A stretch of DNA of 64,000 bases from a virus (IMGVR_UViG_2930461776_000001:23883-87882); one strand, 5' to 3'. Counted from the stretch's first letter, positions 43,932 to 54,870 are shown. Program-made: numbers and translations. Notes: generated by a model not told the origin, from the letters alone.

Positions 43932-46900
43932 GTGCCCGCTATCTCCGTCGGCTCCGTCGAGGTTGATGTTGTCCCCAACGCAACGGGTGTGCGACAGCGG
44001 CTGCAGAACCAGCTGGTGCCGGCGGCAAACGAGGTCGGTGACGAGGTTGGCCGGGTCATTGGCCGCTACCTGACGTCGCATGTCGCGAACGCGTTTGTGC
44101 AGGGCATCAACCGGGGCGGCCGGCAGGCTCAGCCGGCGGCGGCACGGCAGGGCCAGTCGACGGGTTCGACGTTTGGCCGCTCGTTCAAGGCGACGCTGGA
44201 GGCGGCGCTTGCGGCGCTGCCGGAGGTGCGGCTGCGTGCCGACTCGTCGGATGCTGAGCGGGAGATCGCTCAGATCCGTGCGCAGATGCGGGCGCTGGCG
44301 GATGCCCGTATCGGCATCGACGTGTCGACGGCCACGGCGAACGCGGCCATCGCCCAACTGCAGACTCGGCTGCAGCAGTTGTCTGCGTCGGACGCAGATG
44401 TCGCGGTCCGGGTTGATGCTGGTGCTGCTGCCGCGCAACTGGCAGCGTTCCAGGCGCAGGTCAACCGCCTCGACGGGCAGACCGCGAACGTCGATGTCGA
44501 CACCCGCTCGGCCGCAGCGAACCTCAACCTGTTGACGGTTGCGGCCCTGACGTTCGGTCCCGCCATCATTCCGGCACTGCCGGTGGTCGCGGCCGGCCTG
44601 GGCGCTATCGCCGCGGCGGGTGCCGCGGCAGCGGTGGGCATTGGCGCGATCGGCCTTGTCGCAGCCCCGGCATTCAAGGGCATCTCGTCGGCATTGCAAG
44701 CGCAGAAGGCCGCCCAGGACGCGGCGACGAACGCCACCTATCAGGGCGGGCAGGCGAACTCGCAGGGCGCCTCGCGTGCGCTGCAGATGGCGTCTGCGCA
44801 GCAGTCGCTGGCTACGGCGGAGCGCAACGGGGCGCGGCAGATCGCGCAGGCTCAGGCACAGGTCAAGCAGGCGAAGCAGGCTGCGGCGGATGCGGTCGCG
44901 CAGGCGGCGCAGCGTAACCAGGAAGCAGCACGGCGGGTGCAGGACGCTGAGCGGTCCCTCGCGGACGCCCAGCGGGATGCCCGGCGCGCCCAGGAGGACC
45001 TGAGCGACGCCCGCAAGCAGGCCGCGCTCGAGCTGGAAGACCTGAACACTCGCCTCGACAATTCCGTCCTGAGCCAGCGGGATGCGGAGATCGCCTTGAA
45101 GGAGGCGACTCTCGAGCGGGACGCGGTCCTGCAGAACGCGAACGCGACGGAACTGCAGAAGGAGAAGGCGCTCCTCGCCTACGACCAGGCGGTGCAGCGG
45201 CTCAAGGACCAGACGACCGAGACGGCGCGGCTGAAGACGGAGACGGCTGCCGCGAACAAGGCTGGCGTCGAAGGCTCCGACACGGTCCGCAGCGCGCAGG
45301 AGCGGGTCGCTGAGGCTCAGACTGCGGTCGCCGACCGGGCGCGGGCGGTGAAGGACGCCCAGCAGGAGGCTGCCCGCACGCAGGTTGAGACGGCCCGGCA
45401 GGTGGCGGATGCGCAGGCCCGGGTTGGTGAGGCGACCGCGAATGTGGCGGTGGCTCAGCAGAACGCTGCGGATGCGGTGGCGTCGGCGCAGCGGCAGATC
45501 CAGTCGGCGTCAATTTCGGCGGCCGGCGGGGTGGATCAGGCTGCGATTGCGCAGGCCAAGTATGAGGCGGAGCTGGCGAAGCTGACGCCAGCTGCCCGCG
45601 AAACGATGACCGCCTACCTGGGATTGCGGGACGCGTTCTCGGCGTGGTCGAAGTCGCTTCAGCCGGCCGTGATGCCGATCTTCACGCGGGCGTTGAACGG
45701 GCTGAAGAACTCCCTGCCCGGGCTGACGCCGTTCGTGCGTGAGGCCGCGGACGCCATCAAGGGACTGCAGGACCGGGCGTCTGCCGGGTTCAAATCGCCG
45801 TGGTGGAAGCAGTTCAAATCCGACCTGGAGGGCTCGGTCGGGCCCGCGATCACCGGGCTGGGGATCTCGTTCGGGCAGACCTTCAAGGGCCTCGCAGGGA
45901 TCATCCAGGCGTTCCTGCCGCATATGGACGAGATCTCGGAGCGCATGCAGCGGCTCACGGGCCGGTTCGCGGACTGGGGCTCCTCGCTGAAGGGGTCACC
46001 TGAGTTCGAGCGGTTCCTGTCGTACAGCTCCGAGATGGCGCCGAAGCTCGCGTCGGCCCTGAAGGAGGTCTTCGGGGCGCTGCTGTCGCTCGGGTCGGCC
46101 CTGTCGCCGGTCTCGTCGATCGTGCTGCAGTTCATCGGCCAGTTCGCCAGCGGGGTCGGCTGGGTTGCGGACAAGATGCCGTGGCTGATCCAGGGCATCT
46201 ACGGCGTGATTGTCGCCCTGAACCTGTGGAAGCTCGGCGTCATAGCCTGGGCTGCTGCGCAGCGGCTTGCGAACATCGCGATGATCGCGTTCAACGTCAT
46301 CTCCAAGGCCGGGCCCTGGGGCTGGATCGTCCTCGCGATCGCCGCCGTTGTCGGCATCATCATCCTGCTGTGGACGAAGTGCGACTGGTTCCGCAACGCC
46401 GTGAAGGGCGTCTGGAACGCCATCAAGGGCGCGGCGAGCGCAGTCGTCGACTGGTTCAAGGGTCCGTTCGCCCGCTTCTGGACGGACACCCTGCCGAACG
46501 TCTTCCAGGCGGGCTGGAACTTCATCAAGGCGTGGGTGATCTACCCGATCCGCGACTTCTTCACGAAGACCGTGCCCGGCTGGGCGGTCTCCCTGAAGAA
46601 CGGGATCGTGGGGGCGTGGAACGGCACGAAGTCCGGCGTGAAGTCGGCCTGGGACTGGATCAAGCGCAATGTGCTGACGCCGATCCGCACGTTCTTCACG
46701 GACACGGTCCCCGGCTGGGGCACGACCCTGAAGGACCGGATCGTCGGCGCGTTCGACGCGGCCCGCGCCGGGATCAAGGGCGCCTGGGACCGCATCAAGA
46801 AGATCGCCCGGGACCCGATCCAGTACGTCGTCGACGTCGTCTACAACAACGGCATCCGCGGCGTCTGGAACCTGATCGCCGGGGCGTTCGGGGCGCCGAA

Positions 46901-48116
46901 GCTGAAGGCGTTCAAGTTCGCCTCTGGCGGCATCATGCCTGGCTACACGCCTGGCAAGGACGTCCACAAGTTCGTCTCGCCGACCGGCGGCGCGCTGGAG
47001 CTCAGTGGTGGCGAGGCCATCATGCGGCCGGAGTTCACCCGGGCGGTGGGCTCCGGGTTCGTGAACACGATGAACGCGCTCGCCCGAACTCAGGGTGCGC
47101 AGGGCATCAAGGCTGCCCTTGCGCCGACGTTCGGAGGGAACCCTGCGACGTCGACGGACCGGTCGCTGCGGTATGCGAACGGCGGCGTGGTGCAGTCGTT
47201 CGCGGACGGCGGCATATTCGGATGGATCAAGTCCGCGGGCTCCGCTGTCGCCGGCGCTGGTTCTGCGGTCTGGAACGGCGTGAAGAAGGCGGCGTCCTGG
47301 TTGCAGGACACCCTGGAAGCATCAGCGCGAGCTGGTGTGAAGAACGTGGTGGACCCGTTGCTGCGGTCGTTCCCCGGGATGGACACCGGGATCGGCAAGA
47401 TGATCCGGCGGATCCCCGACAAGATCCTCGACGCCCTGTTCGGGTACTCCAAGAAGTCCGACGACAAGGGCGCCGGCGGGATCGGCGGGCCTCGGATACA
47501 GGCGGCCCTCAAGTGGGCGAAGACGCAGAACGGCAAGCCCTACCAGTGGGGCGGCAACGGCAACCCGTCGTGGGACTGCTCCGGCTTCATGTCGGCGATC
47601 GAGTCGGTGATCCGTGGGCAGAAGCCGCATCGTCGCTGGTCGACGCATGCGTTCAGCGGTCGAACGGCTCCGCCAGGGTGGGTGTATCACGGCAAGAGCC
47701 CGTTCAAGGTCGGCATCACCGCGGCCGGGGTCGGGCACACCGCAGGAACGCTCGGCAAGACGGAGGTCGAGTCCCGGGGTGGCGATGGTGTCATCGTCGG
47801 CTCCCGGGCTCGCGGCTACAACGACAAGCTGTTTACGTCGTGGTACGGGTTCAAGCCGGGGTCCTACGACAGCGGTGGCTACCTGCAGCCGGGCCTCAAC
47901 TTGGCCTACAACGGGACGGGTCGGCCGGAGCCTGTGTTCACGACGTCGCAGGCCAACGCGCTCACGTCGATGGCTGCGCGGTCGTCGGGACCGTCCCGGT
48001 TCGAGGGTGACCTGTTCCTCGATTCCGGCGAGTTCCTGGGCCGTGTCCGCGGTGAGGCGGCGGCGGTCATGCATGAAGGCCAGCGGCAGCTCATCGGTGC
48101 ACTGAACGCGGGCTGA
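43932..48116 (+). CDS. Tape measure protein with C-terminal NlpC/P60-like peptidoglycan hydrolase domain
   Basis: 1394 aa; Ala/Gln coiled coil, Trp-periodic repeats; GKPYQWGG..WDCSG...GHT. Confidence 0.93.
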   Translation: MPAISVGSVEVDVVPNATGVRQRLQNQLVPAANEVGDEVGRVIGRYLTSHVANAFVQGINRGGRQAQPAAARQGQSTGSTFGRSFKATLEAALAALPEVRLRADSSDAEREIAQIRAQMRALADARIGIDVSTATANAAIAQLQTRLQQLSASDADVAVRVDAGAAAAQLAAFQAQVNRLDGQTANVDVDTRSAAANLNLLTVAALTFGPAIIPALPVVAAGLGAIAAAGAAAAVGIGAIGLVAAPAFKGISSALQAQKAAQDAATNATYQGGQANSQGASRALQMASAQQSLATAERNGARQIAQAQAQVKQAKQAAADAVAQAAQRNQEAARRVQDAERSLADAQRDARRAQEDLSDARKQAALELEDLNTRLDNSVLSQRDAEIALKEATLERDAVLQNANATELQKEKALLAYDQAVQRLKDQTTETARLKTETAAANKAGVEGSDTVRSAQERVAEAQTAVADRARAVKDAQQEAARTQVETARQVADAQARVGEATANVAVAQQNAADAVASAQRQIQSASISAAGGVDQAAIAQAKYEAELAKLTPAARETMTAYLGLRDAFSAWSKSLQPAVMPIFTRALNGLKNSLPGLTPFVREAADAIKGLQDRASAGFKSPWWKQFKSDLEGSVGPAITGLGISFGQTFKGLAGIIQAFLPHMDEISERMQRLTGRFADWGSSLKGSPEFERFLSYSSEMAPKLASALKEVFGALLSLGSALSPVSSIVLQFIGQFASGVGWVADKMPWLIQGIYGVIVALNLWKLGVIAWAAAQRLANIAMIAFNVISKAGPWGWIVLAIAAVVGIIILLWTKCDWFRNAVKGVWNAIKGAASAVVDWFKGPFARFWTDTLPNVFQAGWNFIKAWVIYPIRDFFTKTVPGWAVSLKNGIVGAWNGTKSGVKSAWDWIKRNVLTPIRTFFTDTVPGWGTTLKDRIVGAFDAARAGIKGAWDRIKKIARDPIQYVVDVVYNNGIRGVWNLIAGAFGAPKLKAFKFASGGIMPGYTPGKDVHKFVSPTGGALELSGGEAIMRPEFTRAVGSGFVNTMNALARTQGAQGIKAALAPTFGGNPATSTDRSLRYANGGVVQSFADGGIFGWIKSAGSAVAGAGSAVWNGVKKAASWLQDTLEASARAGVKNVVDPLLRSFPGMDTGIGKMIRRIPDKILDALFGYSKKSDDKGAGGIGGPRIQAALKWAKTQNGKPYQWGGNGNPSWDCSGFMSAIESVIRGQKPHRRWSTHAFSGRTAPPGWVYHGKSPFKVGITAAGVGHTAGTLGKTEVESRGGDGVIVGSRARGYNDKLFTSWYGFKPGSYDSGGYLQPGLNLAYNGTGRPEPVFTTSQANALTSMAARSSGPSRFEGDLFLDSGEFLGRVRGEAAAVMHEGQRQLIGALNAG

Positions 48117-48126
48117 GGAGGACATC

Positions 48127-50349
48127 TTGGCGATCCCCGGGAACCTCCTCAGCCCGACCACCGAGAGCATCGACCCGAACATCAGCGGGTGGATCAGCAA
48201 GCTCAACGCGACGCTGTCGAAGGGGACGGGCGGCCGGAACGGGGACGGCTGCCTCGTCGTCAAGTCGGTGGCGGCGGGGGAGATGCAGGCCATCACCGTG
48301 TCCTCGTACACGGTGACCCCCGGCACCACCTACTACGCCTTCTCCGACACGGCAGGCGTGTCCAGTGAGCGGATCGGGATCCGCTGGAAGAACTGGCAGA
48401 ACACCGAAATCAGCGTCACCTGGTCGGTGACAACGACGGGCTCGTCGGCCGGCTGGCACCGGGTGTCCGTCGCTGGAGTCGCCCCGGTTGGTGCGATGTT
48501 CGCGCAGGTCGTGCTGTCGTCGACCGAGGCCGGGGCGCTCGTCAACCACTACTGGGAGAACGTCTACCTCGGGCTCCCGATCAGGACCGTCGGCAACCTC
48601 CTCGACTTCAACAGCGAGACCAGCGAGATTGACGCGACCGGCTGGACCGCCGTCGTCAACGCGAACATCACCCGCCAAGTCCCGGTGGTGAACTGGGCGG
48701 TCAACAACTACTTGGCCGGCGGACACACGTTGGCGATGACTGCGGTCGCCTCTGGTAACGCCTCCGTGCTGGCCGTGGCCCGACCAGCGGTAACGCCTGG
48801 CCAGGAGTATCTGGCCTACGCCTACCTCAACCCGCCCACCCTGTCGGCGACCGCGTGGCTCGAGCTCCGGTTCTACGACGGCGCCGGCAACCAGGTGCAG
48901 GCCACCCGTTCGACGCTGGCGCAGCCCGGGACGGGCATGTACCGGCAGCGCGTCTCAGCCCCGGCTCCGGCGAACGCGGCCACGTGCAGCGTCGCGGCCG
49001 GCCTGGACGGCGCGTCGGCGGCACAGGTGCTCCGTCTGGAGTCGGTCGTCGTCATCGTCGCCCCGAAGGCCCAGGCCGGGTCGGTCGTGCCGTATGCAGA
49101 CTCGTCGTTCGAGCAAGGCGTCGCCGGTTGGACGGTGACGTCGGGCGTGGCGACGCTGGCCCGCACGACACCGTGGGGGCTATCAGCCTTTGACGGCGCC
49201 TACTCGCTGGCCGTCACCTCATCCACGGCAACCGCATCAACTCTGCGGTCGGGAAAGTTCCCTGTGGTCGAGGGTGAGAACTGGCGCGCCCTGGCGATGG
49301 CACACCCGGCGGCCGGCACCTGGTCCTCAGTGCGGACGAGAGTCCGATGGTTCGACGCCTCCAACGTCGACCTCGGCGCCAGCACGGGCACCATCTACAG
49401 CCTGCCGGGCTCCTCCTGGTACGCGCTGCCGTCGGATGCTGTCGCTCCGGCCGGCGCCACGCAGGCGTCGGTGGAGCTGGTGGCGACCGCGTCGGCAACG
49501 AGCTCGGTCCTGCACGTGGATCAGGTCGTGCTGTGGCAGGTTCTTCCGCAGACCGCGGTCGTAGCGGTCGACGCCGACGGGTACATCCGGATCACGCTGC
49601 GGGAGTTGACGCTCGACTACGAGCTGACCGTGTGGCGGGTGCAGGGCGACGGCTCCCGGATGCTGGTGCGCGGCCCGTCGGGGTTGATCGACCGGCAGGT
49701 CATCACCTCCGACATCATGGTCATCGAGGACCATGAGGCGCCGCTGAACACGCAGGTCCGGTACTACATCGAGCAGTATGCGCCCGGCTCGCTGACCGCC
49801 GCGTCCACGCGTTCCAGCGATCGGCTCACGCTCGCCCTCGCCGACATCAATGAGGCGTGGCTGAAGGATCCGGGCAACCCGCAGCGGAACATGAGGGTGC
49901 TGGTCAAGCAGGCCCCGGATTGGTCCGAGCCGATCGAGCAGACGGCACACAAGGTCCGCGGCCGACGGAACCCCGTGATCCTCAGCGACATCCGCGGCGG
50001 GCCGGAAGGCGATCTGAACGTCTGGACCCGATCGGACGAGGAGCGCAAGGCCCTCGATCTGCTGCTGAGTTCTGGCGGCACGCTGCTGTGGCAGGTCGCG
50101 CCCGGCATGGGCGAGGACGACATGTACGTCAAGGTCGGCCAGGTCGGCAAAGCGAGAGTGAGTCCACGGGCTCAGGAGCAGTGGCGGGAGTGGACGCTGC
50201 CGCTGACCGAGCAGGACATGCCGGCCACGACCGGCGTCAACGGCGCCGCGGGCCGCACCTGGCAGGACGTCGTGACGGAGTTCGCGACGTGCCAGGACGT
50301 CATCGACACCTACGCCACCTGTGAGGCGCTGCTACTCGACCGCAGGTAG
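48127..50349 (+). CDS. Minor tail protein (repeated CBM-like domains plus distal-tail-like C-terminus)
   Basis: Three ~150-aa NLL..S.E..GW modules; AWLKDPGNP...GRRNPV. Confidence 0.8.
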   Translation: MAIPGNLLSPTTESIDPNISGWISKLNATLSKGTGGRNGDGCLVVKSVAAGEMQAITVSSYTVTPGTTYYAFSDTAGVSSERIGIRWKNWQNTEISVTWSVTTTGSSAGWHRVSVAGVAPVGAMFAQVVLSSTEAGALVNHYWENVYLGLPIRTVGNLLDFNSETSEIDATGWTAVVNANITRQVPVVNWAVNNYLAGGHTLAMTAVASGNASVLAVARPAVTPGQEYLAYAYLNPPTLSATAWLELRFYDGAGNQVQATRSTLAQPGTGMYRQRVSAPAPANAATCSVAAGLDGASAAQVLRLESVVVIVAPKAQAGSVVPYADSSFEQGVAGWTVTSGVATLARTTPWGLSAFDGAYSLAVTSSTATASTLRSGKFPVVEGENWRALAMAHPAAGTWSSVRTRVRWFDASNVDLGASTGTIYSLPGSSWYALPSDAVAPAGATQASVELVATASATSSVLHVDQVVLWQVLPQTAVVAVDADGYIRITLRELTLDYELTVWRVQGDGSRMLVRGPSGLIDRQVITSDIMVIEDHEAPLNTQVRYYIEQYAPGSLTAASTRSSDRLTLALADINEAWLKDPGNPQRNMRVLVKQAPDWSEPIEQTAHKVRGRRNPVILSDIRGGPEGDLNVWTRSDEERKALDLLLSSGGTLLWQVAPGMGEDDMYVKVGQVGKARVSPRAQEQWREWTLPLTEQDMPATTGVNGAAGRTWQDVVTEFATCQDVIDTYATCEALLLDRR

Positions 50350-50357
50350 GGGGCGCC

Positions 50358-51449
50358 GTGTACCCCGTCAGCGACCGCTTTCTGGCCCGGCTTGCCGAGT
50401 CACACACGCCCGTGACCAGGGTTCAGCTGTTCCTGACGAACGGGGCCGTGGTCGACCTGGAGCATACGGGCGGGTCGGTGTCGGTGGACCGCAAGAACGC
50501 GATCCGCCGCACCTGCTCGGTGACGATCGCCGACCCGTCGCTCATCCCGCGGACACCCTCTGACCAGTTGGCCACCTATGGGGCCCGGCTGCGTGTGTCC
50601 CGTGGCGTGGACTTCGGCGACGGAACGCAGGAGTTGGCGCCGCTCGGTGTGTTCCGTCTCGACAGCGTGGACGGTGATGTCAGCGACGGGCCGGTCACCT
50701 TGCAGGGCAAGGGCCTCGAGGCCGTGGTCGCCGACGACAAACTCACGCAGCCGTATCTCGCGTCAGGGACAGTCGTCGGGGCGGTCGCCGCCCTGATTCA
50801 ACGGTCCATGCCGACCGCCGATGTGGTCAGCCTCATCGCCGACACGCCCATCGGCAGCCGCGCGTTCGACGTCGAGGCGGATCCGTGGGCCGGTGCGCAG
50901 GAGATCGCAGCTGCGGCTGGCGCGGAGGTGTACTGCAACGCCGACGGCGTATTCGTCATATCTACCCTCCCGGACCTCGCAACCGCGGTCCCGGTGTGGG
51001 CGGTGGAGGCGACCGAGGGCGGCGTGTACATCTCCGGAAGTCGCGGCATGAGCAGCGACGCCGTATACAACGGGGTGCTGGCCAGGGGCGAGAACACGGC
51101 GGAGAACGCCCCGCCAGTCTCCTATCTCGCCTACGACAACGACCCGAACTCGCCGACCTACTGGAACGGCCCGTTCGGCAGGCGGCCAAAGTTTCACAGC
51201 TCGTCGACGCTCACCTCGACCCTGGCCTGCACCCAGGCGGCGAACCTGCTGCTCGCCCAGGCCAAGGCACCCAACGCGACCGGAGACATCAGCTCCCTGC
51301 CCAACCCGGCGCTCGAGCCCGGAGATGTGCTGCGGGTGATGCACGAGGACGGCAGCCGCGAACTCCACCAAGTCGCCTCCTTCAGCGTGCCGCTGGAAGC
51401 CGGCGGATCCTTCCCGATCTCCACGATCTCGGCGAAGGAGGACGCGTGA
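50358..51449 (+). CDS. Minor tail / hub protein (DUF5047-like)
   Basis: MYPVSDRF...GGSVSVD..NAIRRTC...PLGVF...PNPALEPGDV. Confidence 0.85.
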   Translation: MYPVSDRFLARLAESHTPVTRVQLFLTNGAVVDLEHTGGSVSVDRKNAIRRTCSVTIADPSLIPRTPSDQLATYGARLRVSRGVDFGDGTQELAPLGVFRLDSVDGDVSDGPVTLQGKGLEAVVADDKLTQPYLASGTVVGAVAALIQRSMPTADVVSLIADTPIGSRAFDVEADPWAGAQEIAAAAGAEVYCNADGVFVISTLPDLATAVPVWAVEATEGGVYISGSRGMSSDAVYNGVLARGENTAENAPPVSYLAYDNDPNSPTYWNGPFGRRPKFHSSSTLTSTLACTQAANLLLAQAKAPNATGDISSLPNPALEPGDVLRVMHEDGSRELHQVASFSVPLEAGGSFPISTISAKEDA

Positions 51450-52075
51450 AGTCCGGCCACTCCACCACCCGCGACCTCAAACAGGCACTCCAACTACAGG
51501 CAAGGCGGGCAGGGGAGCAGGCGCCGTCAGTGCGCGGCTCCGACTGGCGGACCGCCGTGGTCACTGCCGTCAACGCGGACGGCACCGTCGAAGCAGACGG
51601 CTTCGACTGGCGGCGGGCCGAGACGTACCAGGCGCCCGCTGCCGGCGACCTCATCGTCGTCAGCCAGTCCGGCAACGGCAATCTCATCGCCCACGGCCGC
51701 ATGGCCGGCACCACCGCACCGAACGGGGCGTGGACGAGCATCCCCCTCGCCTCTGGCTTCACCACCCCGCACACCGTGTTCGGCACTGCGCAGTACCGCA
51801 TCGTCACCGCCTACGGCAGCACCCGCGTGGAACTCCGTGGCTCCGTCGACGCGACAGCGTCGGTGACCACACAGACCAGCTTCAGCACCGCACTGCCGGC
51901 CGCGGCCCGCCCGTCGGTCACCCGCACCTGGATCGGCCGCCGCAACTACAGCGCGGACACCAAGGGCGTCGCCGCCATGGAGATCCAGACGTCCGGCGTC
52001 ATGTCGGTGTTCGGCTCCGCCAGCCCCAGCCAGACCGACTGGTTCGCCCTCGACGGCTGCCACTACGACCTTTAG
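51446..52075 (+). CDS. Minor tail protein
   Basis: VRGSDWRTAVVTAV OB-like N-terminus; VELRG...LPAAARP fibre C-domain. Confidence 0.78.
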   Translation: MKSGHSTTRDLKQALQLQARRAGEQAPSVRGSDWRTAVVTAVNADGTVEADGFDWRRAETYQAPAAGDLIVVSQSGNGNLIAHGRMAGTTAPNGAWTSIPLASGFTTPHTVFGTAQYRIVTAYGSTRVELRGSVDATASVTTQTSFSTALPAAARPSVTRTWIGRRNYSADTKGVAAMEIQTSGVMSVFGSASPSQTDWFALDGCHYDL

Positions 52076-52083
52076 GAGGCCTG

Positions 52084-52701
52084 GTGGCCACCGACAACTA
52101 CGGCCAGGGCATCGACCTGATCGGATTGACCGACGCCCCGGACATGCCGAAGGCCATCGCAGACCTTGCTGCCGGCGTCATTCCCCGCAGCATCCTGCGG
52201 TTCGCGTCGTCGTCGACGCGGGGCGCCACGCTAGCCGGGGATTACGCTCCGGTCGACGGCATGGTCACGTACCTCCAGGACGTGGACCGCCTCGAGGTCC
52301 GCATCAACGGCGCCTGGGTGACGGTGTCCGTGGGCGCCTCGGCCTGGACTACGATCTCGCTGGCCAGCGGCTTCACGCAGAACGGGAACAGCAACGGCAC
52401 GCTGCAGTACCGACTGCTGAACGTTAGCGGCGAGGAGAGTATCCAGTTCCGGGGTGCCGTCAACCGCACCTCGTACCCGTCTTCGCCGCCGTCGTCCTAC
52501 GTCGTCAACTCGTCGGCCCTGCCCGCAGCCGTGCGGCCATCGACGCTGCGATCGGTGCTGATCCCCTGTTCGGACACCAACAGCGACCGGATCGCCCTGA
52601 AGTTGGACATCCGCACCGACGGCCTGCTCGAAGCGATCGGATTCGGCACCGCGACCAAGCCGCCGTGGATCGGTTTCAACGGGCTGACCGTCAGCCTCTA
52701 A
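52084..52701 (+). CDS. Minor tail / fibre protein
   Basis: TDNYGQGI...DAPD...RFASSSTR...LQYR...LPAAVRP; paralogous C-domain to upstream gene. Confidence 0.78.
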   Translation: MATDNYGQGIDLIGLTDAPDMPKAIADLAAGVIPRSILRFASSSTRGATLAGDYAPVDGMVTYLQDVDRLEVRINGAWVTVSVGASAWTTISLASGFTQNGNSNGTLQYRLLNVSGEESIQFRGAVNRTSYPSSPPSSYVVNSSALPAAVRPSTLRSVLIPCSDTNSDRIALKLDIRTDGLLEAIGFGTATKPPWIGFNGLTVSL

Positions 52702-52765
52702 CCAGCATCAACCCGCCCGCGCCCCTCAACTGGGCGCCATTGGCATGCCCAGAAAGGGGCCCGCC

Positions 52766-53713
52766 ATGGCCACACCCCTGACCGCTGCCGTATTCCTCGA
52801 CTCCCTCAGAGACGAAGGCGTCTCCATCGTCGAGGTCGGCACCTGGGAGACCCACAACCGCAACAGCAAGGGCCCCTGGGGCCCGGTGAACGGCGTGATG
52901 ATCCACCACACCGTCACCAAGGGCACCGCGAACACTGTCGAGCTGTGCCGCAAGGGCCACTCAACGCTGCCCGGCCCTCTGTGCCACGGCGTCATCGCCA
53001 AGGACGGCAAGGTCCACCTCGTCGGCTACGGCCGCGCCAACCACGCCGGCCTCGGCGACCCCGACGTCCTCGCCGCGGTCATCGCCGAGCGCCAGCCCCC
53101 AGCAGACAACGAAGCCACCGTCGACGGCAACCGCCACTTCTACGGCTTCGAATGCGAGAACCTCGGCGACGGCAAGGACCCCTGGCCCGCCGCGCAGATC
53201 GAGGCAATCGTCCGCGTCATCACCGCCCTCTGCCGCCGCCACGACTGGTCCGCCCGCTCGGCGATCCGCCACCTCGACTGGCAACCCGGCAAGGTCGACC
53301 CCCGCGGACCCGGCATGGACTGGGACGACATCCTCACCCGCGTGGCTGCACGGCTCGCCGGGGCCACACCTTCGACCCCGAAGCCGCCCGTGCAGAAGCC
53401 CCTGCCGAAGCCAACGAAGCCGGTCGTCGACCTGTCCAAGCTGATCGCCGCCGCCAAGTCCAATCCCGCCGCCAAGGGGACCCCGGTCACCTACACCGGT
53501 GTGAAGACCGTCGAGACCGCCCTCGTGAACGCAGGCTTCCTGGCCAAGCGGTACTCCGACGGGCACTTCGGCACGACCACCATCACCGCCTACGCGGCAT
53601 GGCAGCGCTCGAAGGGCGGCGGTGGCTACAGCGGCAAGGCCGCCGACGGCATCCCCGGCCGCGACTCCCTGACCCGACTCGGCGCCAAGTACGGCTTCGA
53701 CGTCGTCGCCTGA
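52766..53713 (+). CDS. Endolysin, N-acetylmuramoyl-L-alanine amidase with peptidoglycan-binding domain
   Basis: GVMIHHT...GRANHAG...GFECEN...RHLDW..GKVDP; DGHFG..T..AY..WQ...ADGIPG. Confidence 0.93.
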   Translation: MATPLTAAVFLDSLRDEGVSIVEVGTWETHNRNSKGPWGPVNGVMIHHTVTKGTANTVELCRKGHSTLPGPLCHGVIAKDGKVHLVGYGRANHAGLGDPDVLAAVIAERQPPADNEATVDGNRHFYGFECENLGDGKDPWPAAQIEAIVRVITALCRRHDWSARSAIRHLDWQPGKVDPRGPGMDWDDILTRVAARLAGATPSTPKPPVQKPLPKPTKPVVDLSKLIAAAKSNPAAKGTPVTYTGVKTVETALVNAGFLAKRYSDGHFGTTTITAYAAWQRSKGGGGYSGKAADGIPGRDSLTRLGAKYGFDVVA

Positions 53714-53731
53714 GCAGAAACGAGAACCCTC

Positions 53732-54079
53732 ATGAAGATCTTCGGCAGAGAGCCGGTCGTCGTCACCAACACCCTTGCCGCAGTGCTCGGCCTCATCGTC
53801 TCCCTCGGCGTGACTTCGCTGACTGCGGAGATGGCCGGCGCCATCGTGGGTGTCGCCACCGCGATCCTCGGTGCCATCGCGGCAGCGATGACCCGCCCCA
53901 TCGCCCCCCAGGCGTTCACCACCGTCGTGGCCGCCGGCGCGGTCCTCGTCGCCACCTTCGGCTACGAGGTATCGCAGGAGACCGTCGGCGCTATCAACAC
54001 CGTCGTCCTCGCCGTGCTGACGCTGCTGACCCGCGTGCAGGTCACCCCGTCGAAGCCCGACGCGCCGGCCGGAGTCTGA
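53732..54079 (+). CDS. Holin-like membrane protein
   Basis: MKIFGREP, four TM segments, RVQVTP; follows endolysin. Confidence 0.8.
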   Translation: MKIFGREPVVVTNTLAAVLGLIVSLGVTSLTAEMAGAIVGVATAILGAIAAAMTRPIAPQAFTTVVAAGAVLVATFGYEVSQETVGAINTVVLAVLTLLTRVQVTPSKPDAPAGV

Positions 54080-54505
54080 GTGCCGCGCCGTGTAGTCCGG
54101 CGGCTGAGCAGAACGCTGGGCCGCCGCGGCGCCATCCTCCTCTCCTACGGTGGTGTGTGGTCGCTGTACGGGTACGCGCAACTCGTCTCCCCGCAGCCCG
54201 ACCAGCGGGGCCTCGCGCCGCTGCTCGAGCGGGTGCCGCTCGCCGTGTGGGGCTGGGCATGGGTAGTCACCGGACTCATCGCCATCGCCTCTGCGTGGCT
54301 GCCGCAGGGCCGTGACTGGCCCGGCTTCTTGTCGCTGCCGCTCATGGTGCTGCCCTGGATGGCCTCCTACCTCGCCGCCTGGCTGACCGGAGACTTCCCG
54401 AGAGGATGGGTTGCCGCCCTCGTGTGGGCCGTGATTGCTGTTCCCGTGCTGGTCGTAGCGGGATGGCCTGAGCCGCCCCGCGTCAAGAGAGTGAGCAACG
54501 CATGA
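54080..54505 (+). CDS. Lysis-cassette membrane protein
   Basis: LGRRGAILL; four TM segments. Confidence 0.75.
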   Translation: MPRRVVRRLSRTLGRRGAILLSYGGVWSLYGYAQLVSPQPDQRGLAPLLERVPLAVWGWAWVVTGLIAIASAWLPQGRDWPGFLSLPLMVLPWMASYLAAWLTGDFPRGWVAALVWAVIAVPVLVVAGWPEPPRVKRVSNA

Positions 54506-54855
54506 CGGTGGACACCTGGGTTCAGGCTGGGTTGGCGATCGTGGGCGCGGCGGGTGGCGTGGTGGCCGCCCGCTCCGCGCGTAGGACGAAGCGGCAAGAA
54601 CGCCGCGACGACTTCATCGCCATCACCGACCAGCAGGGCAAGGCCATCGAACGCCTCGAAGGCCGCATCCAGCGCCAGGAGACCGAGGCGGAGAAGCAGC
54701 GCGAACGCATCACCGATCAGGACGAAGCCATCAGTTGGCTCCTGCATCGGGTGCGCACGCTGGTGTCTCACATCAAGAAGACCGGCATGGAGGCGCCGAC
54801 GGCCGAGCCGATGTCGGACCGGGCCGCGCGCTACATCCGCCACATCGACGCGTGA
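54502..54855 (+). CDS. TM plus coiled-coil protein (lysis cassette)
   Basis: N-terminal TM, coiled coil. Confidence 0.75.
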   Translation: MTVDTWVQAGLAIVGAAGGVVAARSARRTKRQERRDDFIAITDQQGKAIERLEGRIQRQETEAEKQRERITDQDEAISWLLHRVRTLVSHIKKTGMEAPTAEPMSDRAARYIRHIDA

Positions 54856-54870
54856 GAACTGGAGTGCGAT

